From Octopus bimaculoides (Eukaryota): 64,000 nt of DNA. Location of the stretch: NCBI RefSeq assembly GCF_001194135.2, contig NC_068998.1, forward strand, positions 28,223,136 to 28,287,135, read 5' to 3'. The notes beneath the pieces are model-generated. The model searched no databases, was not told the origin of the DNA, and worked only from the letters and a program-made list of their open reading frames with translations. Shown here piece by piece: positions 10,930 through 23,510 of the stretch; position 1 is the stretch's first letter, and every line of letters starts with the position of its first letter. The translations under genes were made by a program, and so were the position numbers.

Positions 10930-13900
10930 TGGCATGAAAGTAGACATTGAGGCATTATGTTCAATAATTCTTTGCTTCTCATTCAAGTGCCTCATCAGGT
11001 CACGTCACAAACACTTAATCACTTCTGACAGCACTGATCTAAGGATGGGTGAGTTAATTCAGATAAAGTTTAAATTCAGTGATGCAGAAGAATTTTGTAT
11101 CTTTATTGTTGTGGGCAACCCTTTCACTTTTGGAATGATTGGAAAAGATATTATTCAGGACAACTCATTTTATTATCTTACTAGAAGTTAAAGGTTTTGT
11201 AGCTCATATTAATTTTTTATGATGTGAATTACAATATAATTAGTTCATTTACAAAGTGAAGTAAAGAAAATGAATTGTTGAGATTGGAAATATTGGATAT
11301 TATTATGCTATCAGATTACTCTAGAATCAGATGAGCCTCACTTGTTAGGATAAGAAAATGATATCAGTTTATTTTGTATGTGTGCTGATTATGAGGCACA
11401 TTTCGAATGCATATATTGACACATTCTTTTCCCATGTCAACATGTGATACAGTCTTTTGTGGCGTCACAGATGGAAAATTTTTCTCAACATTTGATTTAA
11501 AGCATACAAAGCTTTAGCTGAAAATGTACAGTGTAATTGTGCTATTAATTCAGTCTATGGTCTTAGTGAACAGACTTCATATGGGCCTTAAGAATTCAAG
11601 TGGTGTATTTCAGAATTGTATGGAAAGAGATTTAGGGAATCAGAGTATATTGAGATGATATCCTTATGTGTTAGCACTGAATCATTTAGTGTGCTGAGAG
11701 AATGCATGCAATAGTTGCTACATTAACAATGTTGCAATTCTCTTATGAAAAGTCATTCTCCAGAATATGTTTGAAAAAAGAATTTTTTTTCATTACATGA
11801 CTAAGTAGTGAAACTAAAAAAAATATGCTGATACTGAAATCAAAGGACATTGAATAAATTATTATGGAAAATTATTCTGCAGAAAATTGAACCACTTACC
11901 TCAGCTAATTCTGAAATTCAAGTGGGACAGAAAGAAAAAGAAGGCATTTAAAATACTTACCACTCATCTTACTGAAGCTCCAATTTCACAGTCATATTCA
12001 ATATACATCTTACTGTGGATGCATAAAAAAATTGCAGTTTCTGGAGCGTTATCCCCAGAGAGGACACTCAGTAGCTTTTGTAAGTCACACTTTTACCCTG
12101 TCATAGTGGAAGTGATTGAATACTGAAAGGGAGACCAGTGCAGCCATACAGTGTGTTGATGAATTGTGACACATTTTCTCATGAAAGCAATTTTGTTTGG
12201 AAACTATCAACTTTTAATGACACTCTACTTGTATCTCAACAAGCTTCACAAAAAACTGCCAGGTAAGGCTTAATTCTACAATGTGATTTCATCATTAAGC
12301 ATATATCTGGCAAGAATATTCCATATGTTGATACTCTTTGATATTTGATATTTAACAACAATACTAATGGTGACATAATTTTATTTGGTTGACTTTTAGG
12401 GAAGTATAATAATTTTCAGCAGAATATTTTTCACTTGTTGAAAACATTTTCAAAATTTGGAAACTGATACAAGGGAAATTAAGGGAAGAGTACAGAAACA
12501 AAATTGGAAATCAGTTTAGATTTAGAATGGTCATTTACTAAAGATGAGAATGATTTGATATATCGTAAACATTTGCCATTTATTCTAACTCATTACAGAG
12601 CCTTGATATAAACTAGAATATATGACATTCATATGGATGTTCAATAAATAGTTGAAGAAGTATGACTGTTTGGTGGCCTAGTTTCGCTAAGCCTATTGAG
12701 AAGTTTGTTAAATCTGTGATAACAGTTTATCAACATTAAACATATTTGTAGAATCAGTATCAGCAGTTGCACTACTGCACTACTTGCAATAGTGATACTA
12801 GTTCATTCACTTTTGATTGTGTTAGTTGCTCAACTGTTACTAACTACAATGGACAATCACTTTTTAATCCATGCAGTATTTTTACCAGGTGACTTTAGAT
12901 GCCACCTTGTCTACTGTTGTCTTATATTGTCAAAATTTTCACCTGTTGTGACAAAAGACAAAATTGGATTTACAAGCACACTTGTCTTTCTAGTAACCAT
13001 TCAGTTGATGATAACTTATAGTCAACTGAGTTGTTTCAATGATGAAATAAAATTTTATTCATGTGGTTGACAAAATCCCCCTACCTTAAGATTGAAATGT
13101 TTGACTGCAGCTTTTAGTTTGCACAGCCCTTTCAGCTGTGCTATTCAATGCACACATGTTTTGAAAAAGGCAAGAATATACTATATAAAACAACATTAAA
13201 TGAAGCTGCTAAAGCAAAATCTTGCAGGTAATATTTTAACTTCTATTTTGAAATCATTATGCAATTTTATATGTCTGCATATTTTAAAGGGAAAGATTTA
13301 AAAACAAAAAACTACATTTCGTGTTCATTAGATTTTAAATGTAAGATATTTGATACTGTTGAATGTTACATATCTAGTATGTCAACTTTAATTGCTAATA
13401 TTCTGTGTAAATGTTAATATTCTGTGAACATTGACCTATTTCTATTATTTGTCCTATAGGAGTGTAATATATAACAGTTGAGAAAGGACTTGACAACAGT
13501 TTCTTGTAGGCTTCATATCCCACTTATGTATCATATATTTTATATATGTTCATTGTTATCATCAATTTTATGTTTTTCCATACTTGGAAGTGCATGCTAG
13601 AAAAAAATACTGCATGGAGTAAAACGAGTTATTGTCCATTGTAGTTAGTAACAAAACATGGTGGTCAAAAGTTCTAGCTGTATCTTACAAAAGCTAATGA
13701 TTCATGGCCTGTTTGAGGGCTCTTCGAATGTGTTTACATGGATTGGGTTTATTATTATTATATTGGCTATACCTTAATCATCGTGGATTCATATTCAACA
13801 TGGATTGAAACATTTGTTTGTCCACATTGTACAACTGACATAGTTAAAAGTAAGTTGATTGTAGTCTTCTCTCATTTAAGAATTCCTATCAACTTAGTAT

Positions 13901-14350
13901 AAGACACAATAGACCTGAATTAATTGCACTAAAACGAATATTATTATTGGGCTGTAGAAAGATTGACCTCACTTACAGTCCTGCATTGAGTGACTCAGAT
14001 GAAAGGGCTATGCAAAATAAAGCTGCTCTCAAACATTTCTATCCTAAGGTTAGGAATTTTGTCAACGAGATGAATAAAAGTTCAACATTCATCTGCAGAT
14101 GCAGTACTTGGGCATATTTTCAGTTTTGCATCCAGGAGCCACTGGGTGTTTCTGGTCTTACAACATACACCTTCATCCAGTTGACTTGACCTTGGATCCA
14201 AGCAGTGTTCTTCTTGGTGTCCATTGCAGTTAGTAACAGTTGAGCCACTAGTATTATTAAATACTTAAGGAACTAGAATCAACTACTGTTAGCACAACTG
14301 TTGATACTGACTCTATAAATATGCCTAATGGTATGAATGTTGGTCTTCAA
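10930..14350 (+). mobile_element. Decayed Gypsy/Ty3 pol remnant (RT, RNase H, integrase), interrupted at ~12734-13690
   Basis: FSTFDLK, RLHMGLKNSSGVFQNCME (RT); KFKW..KKKAFKILTTHLTEAPI, CDFIIKHISGKNIPYVDTL (RNase H); WWPSFAKPIEKFVKS (Zn finger); LIIVDSYSTWIE and YSPA..DERA (integrase core). Confidence 0.85.
13218..13586 (+). repeat. 369-bp block, copy 1 of a direct duplication (copy 2 at 17252-17620)
   Basis: Colinear similarity of roughly 85-90 percent by eye, from AATCTT.CAGGTAATATTTTAAC to TTTTTCCATACTTG. Confidence 0.95.
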
Positions 14351-14699
14351 GAAGCAGTTGTATCAAGTCCACAAATCAAATGAAATACCTGAATTGCTGG
14401 AGGATATAAAAAAAACCTAGTCATTTTGAGGATGAATGATGTGATGGCTGGATTAACTTACAATTTTCCTATCTTATGAAATGATTGGTTGTTATTTCAA
14501 TATTTTTACACAAGTGAGAAATTATCTGTGAGTGTCTGATACAGCATTTACTTGGTTTCTCTCACTACTCCATGAACATACTGATTAACATTCTACTTAG
14601 CTGCAATGTATAGTTCCCTGTAACTTCATATGTTACCCAAACCCCTCCTACTGGGTCTGTTGTTATCTCTAACATTTTTGTCTGCTACACTATACAACC

Positions 14700-15100
14700 A
14701 TTAGTTCCTTGATGCTTTTCAGAGACTCTGTTTCAATTTCAAAACTAGTTAGTGGGCTTGTAGTACATTATTGCTGATGAAACCTTCGTATGGGAGCTGG
14801 CTATCAAGTCTTCTGTCATTATTCACCTTTCCCTCTAGTTGAAGGGTCTTTAACTTTCTATCTGAACTCATAAATGACTTCTCTCTATTGTTTGGATAGA
14901 CCTTCTTCAACAAGAGGTTCACAAGTATTTGTTTGGCAGTAGAACCTGACTCTGTACATTTGAAACTCTTCTAATTTGTGCATTGATTATTACTTCCTTG
15001 TTCCATTCTGATGTTTTCAAACATGGTCATTAACCTCCACTTTCTACAATGAAATTTTTCCTGGATCTTCTGCTCATCTCTTAATTTTTGTTGTCCTGTG
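14700..15100 (-). mobile_element. Old CR1/L2-like LINE 3' fragment
   Basis: Minus strand YEFR*KVKDPSTR..DLI resembles YEERL..L.LPSL..RR..DLI. Confidence 0.45.
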
Positions 15101-15118
15101 TAGAAATTCTAATAACTG

Positions 15119-15500
15119 TTCGTTGTCGTCGTCGTCGTCGTTTAACGTCCGCTTTCCATGCTAGCATGGGTTGGACGATTTGACTGAGGACTGGTGAAAC
15201 CAGATGGCTACACCAGGCTCCAATCTGATTTGACAGAGTTTCTACAGCTGGATGCCCTTCCTAATGCCAAAATGGTGTATTTTATGTGGCACCCGCACAA
15301 GAGCCAGTCCAGGGGCACTGGCAACGATCTCGCTCGAAAGTCCTTACACATGCCGTGGGCACAAGTGCCAGAAAAGCGACGCTGGGCACAGGTGCCATCA
15401 CGATTTCGCTTTCGCTTGCCCCAATAAGTCTTCGCAAGCTGAGTTTCGTGTCCAATGAAGGAGACGACTTTGGCATGGGTGCCAGTCGTCGAATTTAACT
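15119..15500 (-). mobile_element. Young RTE-tailed SINE/non-autonomous retroelement
   Basis: (CGT)n tail followed by TTTAACGTCCGCTTTCCATGCTAGCATGGGTTGGACG...GGATGCCCTTCCTAA; CpGs retained. Confidence 0.88.
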
Positions 15501-16324
15501 CGATTTTGATTTCACTTGTCAATTAAAATAACTACTACCCTATTAGTGTTATATATGACCCGTATATTGTTTACCACAATTATTACCTACATTAAAAAAC
15601 TTATATTTGTCTTTCCCTATCAGTATCTTCACTTTCCTTCCTACTACCAGCAAATATCACGTCACTGGAACTTTGTTAGTTTTACAAATTCTTCTTCATT
15701 TTTCTAATTCAATTGTGTGATCAATTAGCTAAAGAGTGAATGAAAGTTGAAATTGAGTTAGGGATATCTTAAACTTGAAACAAATGATTTAAGGTCACAA
15801 ACAACTGACAAGCAAACAACTTTGAAATACTGTAGACAAAAAGAGAGGCTTAGGACCAACCCTTCATGCTAATAATAAAAAGACCTGCTTAATCTGCCTT
15901 GACAGCAAAACAACATGAATCATCTAAGAAGTTATATTTTACTAATTTTACTGAGATATTTATGAGGGTAAGAAAAGAATTACTTAGGTTTTTAAGAATT
16001 ATAGGCGGCTTTTGCCCCTCAGGTAATAACTCCCACAACAGATACTCTGCAGGGTGGCTACCTAAAAGAATAAAACAACTCCCATTACATACACAATACC
16101 CAATACAAACACTAATAAAATAAAGACTTAAGCCCAACCCTATGATAAAACAAACTTATGCAATACAGTAATGAAAAGAGTCTGTAATTCCCCCCCACCA
16201 AATACCAGCTAAAACCAGAACACAATGCTGCACACACCTTGGTGACATGTAAATGTATCAGATGATGCAGTAGAAATTTGCCTGAAACTACTACCACCAC
16301 CACTACTAATAAGTAATGGTTTAA

Positions 16325-16880
16325 AATTTTAGTACAAGGCCAGTAATTTTAGAGGGAGAGTCAGGTTGATTACTTCACCCTCAGTGTTTGACTGGTACTT
16401 ATTTTATTGACCTGGAAAGGTAAAGTTAACCTTGGTAGTATTTGAACACAGAATCCGTAAAGACAGAAGGCACGGATGTGGCTGTGTGGTAAGAAGTTTG
16501 CTTCCCAACCATGTGATTCCAGGTTCATTCATATTCTGTAGAACTTTGGGCAAGTGTCTTTTGGGCTGACCAAAACCTTGAGTGGATTTGGTAGATGGTA
16601 ATTGAAATAAGCCTGTGATATGTCTGTGTGTGTCTGTGTATGTTTGCCCCCCTCTCCCATCACTGTTTGACAAACTGGTATTGGTTTGTTTACTTTCTTG
16701 TAACTTTGGTTAAAGAGACCAATAGCATAAGTACTAGGCTTAAAAAACAAGTATGGAGTTTGATTTGTTCAACTAAGCCCTTCAAGGCAATGTTTACCTT
16801 GGTGGAATTTCAACTCAGAAAGTAAAGACAGACAAAATGCTGCTAAGCATTTTCTCCAGCATGCTAATGATTCTGCCTGT
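16325..16880. mobile_element. Cluster of SINE fragments (tRNA-type and CORE-type, mixed orientation)
   Basis: GGTACTTATTTTATTGACC (antisense SINE body); GTGGCTGTGTGGTAAGAAG...TTGGGCAAGTGTCTT...GTGGATTTGGTAGATGG (CORE-like). Confidence 0.75.
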
Positions 16881-16998
16881 TCACTGCTTAAATAATAATA
16901 ATCATTATTATTGTCATGTGTTTACCTGAGTTTTAGAAAACTAGAATTGTGATTATGATGTGTATATATATATATATGTATATATATTATTTTAACAG

Positions 16999-17059
16999 GG
17001 ATACAGCTGGTCAAGAGCGATTTAGGACCATCACGACTGCATATTACAGAGGTGCCATG
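16999..17059 (+). CDS. Rab8: Rab8 exon 3 (61 nt)
   Basis: ACAG|G GAT ACA GCT GGT CAA, (W)[20 protein letters not shown]; donor ATG|GTAAAT. Confidence 0.98.
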
Positions 17060-17251
17060 GTAAATATAAGTTATATTTAAAAACTTACATTAACAATGAT
17101 ATAAATTTTCAAATTTTGTTCTCTCGTTTAGGGGTAAAAATATGCCCATTGTCTTAAATTATGCCTTTCTTTTCATTTTTACAATTATAATAGTAATCAT
17201 CATCATCATTGTTTTAATGTCCACTCCTCCTTTTTGAAAATTTAAGCCATG

Positions 17252-17620
17252 AATCTTACAGGTAATATTTTAACTTCTATTTTGAAATAATTATGCAATA
17301 TATCTGCATATTTTAAAGAGAAGGATTTAAAAACTAAAAATTGTATTTCAGGTTCAATGGATTTTAAATGTAAGATATTTGACACTGTTGAATGTTACAT
17401 ATCTAGTATGTCAACTTTAACTGTTAATATTCTGTGTGAATGTGCAGTTTTTATCTGAACATTGACCTATTTCTATTATTTGTCCCATAGGAGTGTAATA
17501 TATTACAGTTGAGAAAAGGCTGGACGACAGTTACTTGTAGGCTTAATATTCCACTTATGTATCATATATTTTAGATATGTTCATTTTTATCATCATCGAT
17601 TTTATGTTTTTCCATACTTG
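17252..17620 (+). repeat. 369-bp block, copy 2 of the duplication
   Basis: Matches 13218-13586; embedded in an antisense RTE-tail remnant. Confidence 0.95.
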
Positions 17621-18166
17621 TATGGGTTAGATGAGTTTTCTAGTGAATGGACCAAAACACAAACCTCTTACAATCTACCTTACACTTGAAGAGAGAGTTG
17701 CTTTGTTGCCAGCAGAAGTAATAACACCTTGAACTTTTCCTGTCCTGATCTCACTCTGGCTATTATACTTTCGGAGTCCCTCCCCCCATTGTTAATTTGG
17801 TCTATTTAGGTAAGAGAAGCTATCAATTACTTTGAAGAGCCTTCCAAGCATTTGAAAGAATTTATTTCACAGGTGCTTTTACTGTTAAATCATCATCCAG
17901 TCGTACTTATTGCATGGATAACTGTGACTTGTTCTCATCAATCCATTCGGTCTGCCTTTATGCATGGTAGGTCTTCTCAGGTGCACTCAGAGTCCTTGCA
18001 CAGCTGCTTTATGTAGGCCTAATGTGGTCTACCAACATTTGTGTATCCCTACTTCAGTTCCCCAAGAAGAACGTCACTGATTGCTCTCTAGCAATGTCCA
18101 GTGAATGTTGTTCTTCCTTCTCCGATGATATGTGATATTAGTGATAAATTACCATAGAGAAGTTCT

Positions 18167-18997
18167 GGATCTTTACCCTTTGAATGGGAGATCGAGAAAT
18201 TAATTTTCTGTAACTAAGCACTTTCAAACTTCGGACACTGGTAGAATGTGTCATATAAAACACCTTTTACTCTTAGTGTTGTTAAGAAAAGTTTGTATTT
18301 TCAAAGTTATTTCGTGTTAAAGTTGTCGTATTTCGGTAATTTCAACTAATGATGTGTATTCAGCTGAATAAAATTACTGCTGTTGTTTGTCAACAACAAC
18401 TTCCGGCGGTGTATATTTCATTTGTCACTGTTATTTATGACATATCTCAGTTACGTTTGTATGAATAAACAAGTTTATCTAAAGCATGTTTACTTCATGG
18501 CACCACCACAATCATTTGTGCATTTTAGTTTTTTTTTTCCTGTTTTTCAGCTACTATTTTCAGAAAGACTTTTTTGCCCTCCTCCCCGTCCAATTTCTTC
18601 ATTTTTCACTTTTTTCCGTAACTCTAATCCTAAAATCCCAACCCTAACCCTAACTCTAAAACCCTAACCCTAACCAAAAATCCTAACCCCCGCTAAAGCT
18701 AAAACCAGTATGAATGCATGAATGGTGTCATAAATAACAGTAACAAACGAAATATACACCGCCGATAGTTGTTGTTGACAAACAATGGCAGTAATTTTAT
18801 TCAGCTGAATACACATCATTGATTGGTTGAAGTTACCGAAATATGACAACTTTAACACAAAATAACTTTGAAAATATAAACTTTTCTCAACAGCACTAAG
18901 ATGTTTTATATGACACATTCTACCAGTGTCCGAAGTTTGAAAGTGTTTAGTTACAAAAAATTAATTTTTCGATCTGCCGTTCAAAGGGTAAAGATCC
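18167..18997. mobile_element. 831-bp MITE with ~290-bp TIRs, 8-bp TSD and internal telomere-like repeats
   Basis: Ends GGATCTTTACCCTTTGAA / TTCAAAGGGTAAAGATCC; TSD GAAGTTCT at 18159-18166 and 18998-19005; removing it restores the host LINE frame (..HPMKELLYGNLS). Confidence 0.95.
18619..18690 (+). repeat. Degenerate (CCCTAA)n telomere-like array inside the MITE
   Basis: AACCCTAACCCTAACTCTAAAACCCTAACCCTAACC. Confidence 0.85.
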
Positions 18998-21900
18998 GAA
19001 GTTCTTTCATAGGATGTTGCTTCCAAGAGATGTCCAGAGCTGCTTGAAACATTCTTGTATAAGTTCCATTAATTTTCCTCCCAAAACACCTTTCTTAGAG
19101 TCCATGTACATCCATATAACAGATTGCACAACCACCTGAAAGAAATTGCTTCAAATTTAATGGAAGCTTAGATTTCCAGACTGTAGATAATTTATTTAGA
19201 GCTGTTCAGGCTTTGCTGATTCAGACATGAACATCTCTTGCAGACAGATCATCCTTTGTAATTTTACTTCCAAGGTATGTAAATTTGTCAACATTTTTCA
19301 AGGATTTTCCATGTGCGGAGTTAATGTTGCCACTCTGGTTGTACATCATATATTCTGTCTTATCCGAGTTGATGTAGCAGCACTTTCAATACTTCATCTG
19401 CTCGTAGCGCCAACTTATAGGCATAGTCAGCATCTGTGATGGATCAGTTGGAAAACATCTGCTTTTGGCTGGTAAACAAGTGAATCCTTTGTCCATCTCA
19501 TCTACAGAGGTGCATAAGACATAATCTAGACATATAATGAACAGGTAGGGTGTCAAAGTGTCACCCTGGAGAATACCAACCACTGTCAGAGAACTCTGTC
19601 ACCATCTGGAGAATGAACCATAGATTGAATATTTCTGTACAACATTGTGATGGCATTGACAATTTCCTTTTGGGATACTGCATGCAAGAAGTATTCTATT
19701 TTCTCTCTATATTGAGTCAAAGGCCCTTGAAAAAGTCAACAAATAGGAACTCTTAGAATGTAAGAATTTGGCTGTATGTTGATCTATTTCTTTGAAAGCC
19801 CTTTTAGTTTTTCCTCAAGATTTTTTAGATTTCCAGTCAGATATGATTGAGTAGCATGGCATTTTAAACTTTGGCTGCTGTGGCAGTGAGAGTAATTCCC
19901 CTGTTGTTTTTGGTGACACTGAGATTTCCCTTTGGAAATGAAAGAAAGGATGCATCCTTTACTCCATTTCTCTATATGGTTTTGATGGTACATAGCATTC
20001 AAGAATTGAAGAAGAATGCCATTAAATTCCCTTGTTTTCCATGCTTCAAGTGGAATTTGATCTAAATTAGCTGCTTTTCTGTTCTTCAACAATTTTAGAA
20101 CTGCTTCCAGCTCAACCATAGAAAACCCAAGTTGTATGGTTGAGTTGATGATGAATGATCTTTCTAATTTCAAAGCTGGTTTACCAAGTAGGTTTTAAAG
20201 TGATTTCTCCATAATTTGAGTTGTTCAACTTCACTTGGTGCTTTCAGTTTGGATTCTGAGGAGCTCTTTCTTTCACTTACTTCAATTACAATTTTCCATG
20301 CCATAGATAATTGTTTATTCTCAGTAGAAACTTTGATGTTGTCGATTTGTTTTTGTATATAAAGCTCTTGCTCTTTATGATGTTCTGAGGCTAAATCCTT
20401 CTCTACTTTAGTGAACTGTTTTAGGTTTGTTCTTTTTAGTTTAGAAATCCTTCTAAGTGTCTCTTTCTTTTTGATAACAGCTGCAGTTTCTCAGGGAATC
20501 ATATATTTCACTTTTGGTTTCAGAGGGATGCACTTGTCTGCTGCTTGCTTGTGACAAAATTTTTATACTCATTGTTGGGAGTGGTGGTTTTAGAAGTATT
20601 TTTCAGGGTTTCATATCTGTTCCTTAATGTAATTGTAAATTGATCATATATATCAGGATTTGTTAGAGCATTTATGTTTGGTTTCAGGTTTTTTTGTTTG
20701 ATCTTAGTATCAGCTAAAATTTACCTCAGTCTATCTTGTGGCTAGAAGAAACTTTATTAAATGTCATGCAGTTCATGGCACTGTTTACCCATTTTTTATC
20801 AATGTGTATGCAGTCTAATTGTGCTTTTGTACCATTTGTGTATGTGAATGTCCACTTTTTGCCAGCTTGCTTTTAATATCTTGTGTTAGGACAGATGAGG
20901 CTGTTTTTAGATATGAATTAATGCAGTTATTCTCCATTTCAATTTGTTGTTTAATGGAAGCTGTATTTGTATTCATCCTTTGCAAGATGAGCATTCGTAT
21001 GTCTCCTATATGCAAGACATTATGACAAGGTATTTGTCTCACAAGATAAGAGAGTTTCTGGTAGAATGTGACAACTTCTGCTTCATCAGAAGCAAAAATA
21101 TAACAGTGGTGTGTGGGTGTCCATTAAAAGTTGTTATAATGATTGGAGGATGGATCTCTTCAATACTGTTCAGTGAACGTAGAGTGTAGGGACTGAGTAG
21201 CATTCCTACACTTCACACTGTAGAGTTGTTAGGGCCTTTCTTTGCTGAAGTAGAGATAAAAGTTCACCCATTTCAAGCATCATAATATTTTACTTCGAGA
21301 TCACTGTGATGAAAATGGTGTTTTTGTATACAAATTATACCAATATTTTGCTTGACAGCAGATGTAGTGATTTCAGGAAACTAATTTATAGGGTTTAATG
21401 TTTGGACATTGAAGATAGAAATGTTGAAATACTTGTTTTACATTTCAAAAGGTTAAGTTTTGAGTTTGACTTTGTTATTAACTTTTTGAACACTGTGGCT
21501 GAAGCCACAACTTTAGCAGGATGTGCCCCTTGTTGACACATGCGATAGGTAAAGCAGTTTAAGTGTCTGATATGAGAAAATATTATGTTTATCTTTCTTT
21601 AGCTGAACATTTCAAGTGGCAACAACTGCTAAACCTATAGATGTTGCAGTTGTTGTCTTACTGAACTGGGTGGCCCTGGCTCTTGCCTTTGTAAGTTCTT
21701 TCACCCAGTGTCTTTGTGTGTATTGCCTGGTGGCAGATAGCACCTGCTCTGCCAAAACAAACACATCCATCATACTGCTTCCCATGGCTTCACTGTGACC
21801 CTGGCTCAAAGGTTTTTCATTGGGTGATTATTTTAACCTGGATCCTGGCCCTCAACCTGTCATGTATAGGTGGCCCTACAGGAGCTGAACTGCTGCCAGC

Positions 21901-22919
21901 ATAACTCTTGAGATCAATTGGAGCACACATATAAACATATAAAAAAGCATGAAAAATATTGAAAAATATAAGGTTTAAAAATATAGATGTAAATAGAATA
22001 AAAATATATAAACAATATATACAAATGTACACCTTATTGTTTGGTGTTACCTACTCATGAGTTCCTCTGCCCTTTGACAGGTTTCATCTTTCAAATGTTT
22101 TCTCAAAATAAATGAATACTAGACAGTGGCTTATTCTTAGTGTTACTGCTACGTCTTTCTGGCATGAACATGAAAAGTGAATTCTTTTCGTAATTAGTTG
22201 TGCTCCAAGTTACTTTCATAACTTAGTCCATCAGTTTGATACTTTTTTAATTACTTTCCAGAACATTTCCTTTACCATTGTTGGAATTGGTGATATTGGG
22301 TATGACACTACCCTATACTACTACCTGATTGAGTTTCTCAAATATTTTCAGCATATCTCTGCTTGTCTTCTCTGTCTTCATATCTTAATTACACTTTAGA
22401 CTATACAGCTGTCAATTTTAACAGCCAGTTCTACTGTTGGGCCCATTTATCATAATCCCTGGTTCCTTTTTTCCTCCACACATTCTCCTCATTCAGCAAC
22501 CACGTCATTCATGCACTGACACTACTTCACATTTTGAACATCTTATGCTTCTGATCCTCTTATCACAAAACATTGGCAAACCTCTTTCTTTCTGTAATTT
22601 CTACTTCTCCCTGTGCTATATCTGATTTTTAGTTTCTCTTCAAGCTACCTGATTATACTGCTCACTCTCCTTTAATCCAATCTTTTCATACCTGTCTCTT
22701 AGCTTTCATAGCTCTATCTCTTGTATTATCCACCACCATGTGACTTTTTATCTCACTGTTACCTTGCTCCAGTTACATCTAGTCTGGCTTATAGCAAGTT
22801 GTTTTGTTGAAACTCTCAGTTTTTCTTAGTTATAGGTCAATATCTCCTCTTCTTCACATGCATCACCTAGGACTTTTCTGAAATTATGTAACAGTTATGC
22901 CTAACTTTCTCAATAACTC

Positions 22920-23510
22920 TTATGATGATCATCATTTTTAAGACTGCTTTTTCCATGCTGGCATAGGTTAGACAACACTTAACGAGGTATTCTACAGCCA
23001 AATACCCTTCTTAGCCCTATTCCTTTGTTTTCCAATTAAGGTGATTGTATTTTCACTGATCCATCCCCATGTCTAAACAACTGAGCAACAAAATGCATTG
23101 AATTTGTTGGAGACATAAGAATATCACCACATACAGTGTCAATGTGAAGACATGCTGAAATAAACATTCATAGACACAATGACCTTTCATACAGTTTCCA
23201 TCTACCAATTTCACACACAAAACAATTAGTCAGCCAAAAGCTATAGTAGAAAACACTTGTTCAAAGTACCATGCAGTAGCATACATTGTGTGTGTGAGTG
23301 AATGCAATTATTTGGACATGTTTACATTCCTTGTAAAGAATATGTTCTGCTGTTCTGTGATTTCAAAAACCAGTAGGATAAAAAAAAATCCTTTATGTGA
23401 GAAACAGAGGGGTTGGTAACAGGAAGGACACCTGGCTGTTAATTACTACCTCAGTAAATCTCCATCCAATTCTTGCCCACTTGGAAAGATCAATGTAAAT
23501 TGAATGGATA
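22920..23510. mobile_element. Old RTE-tail and CORE-SINE fragments
   Basis: ATGATCATCATTTTTAAGACTGCTTTTTCCATGCTGG; CAGTTTCCATCTACCAATTTCAC; GGTTGGTAACAGGAAGG. Confidence 0.6.

Larger units (their letters stand above)
17885..21920 (-). mobile_element. Near full-length decayed RTE-like LINE (APE endonuclease plus RT)
   Basis: TFNGHPHTTVI and GDIRML (endonuclease); LDQIPLEAWK, GILQGDTLTPYLFIICLDYVL, TDADYA, YTRMFQAALDISWKQHP (RT); many stops and frameshifts. Confidence 0.88.

Noticed and set aside
15184-15205. CTGAGGA-CTGGT-GAAA in RTE-tail elements as a hammerhead
   Set aside because: No stem II possible and no stem I; it is a simple CTGGT/ACCAG hairpin
21612-21809. Hydrophobic 60-aa ORF (MATTAKPIDVAVVV...)
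   Set aside because: Antisense to the 5' region of the decayed RTE LINE; no independent gene evidence
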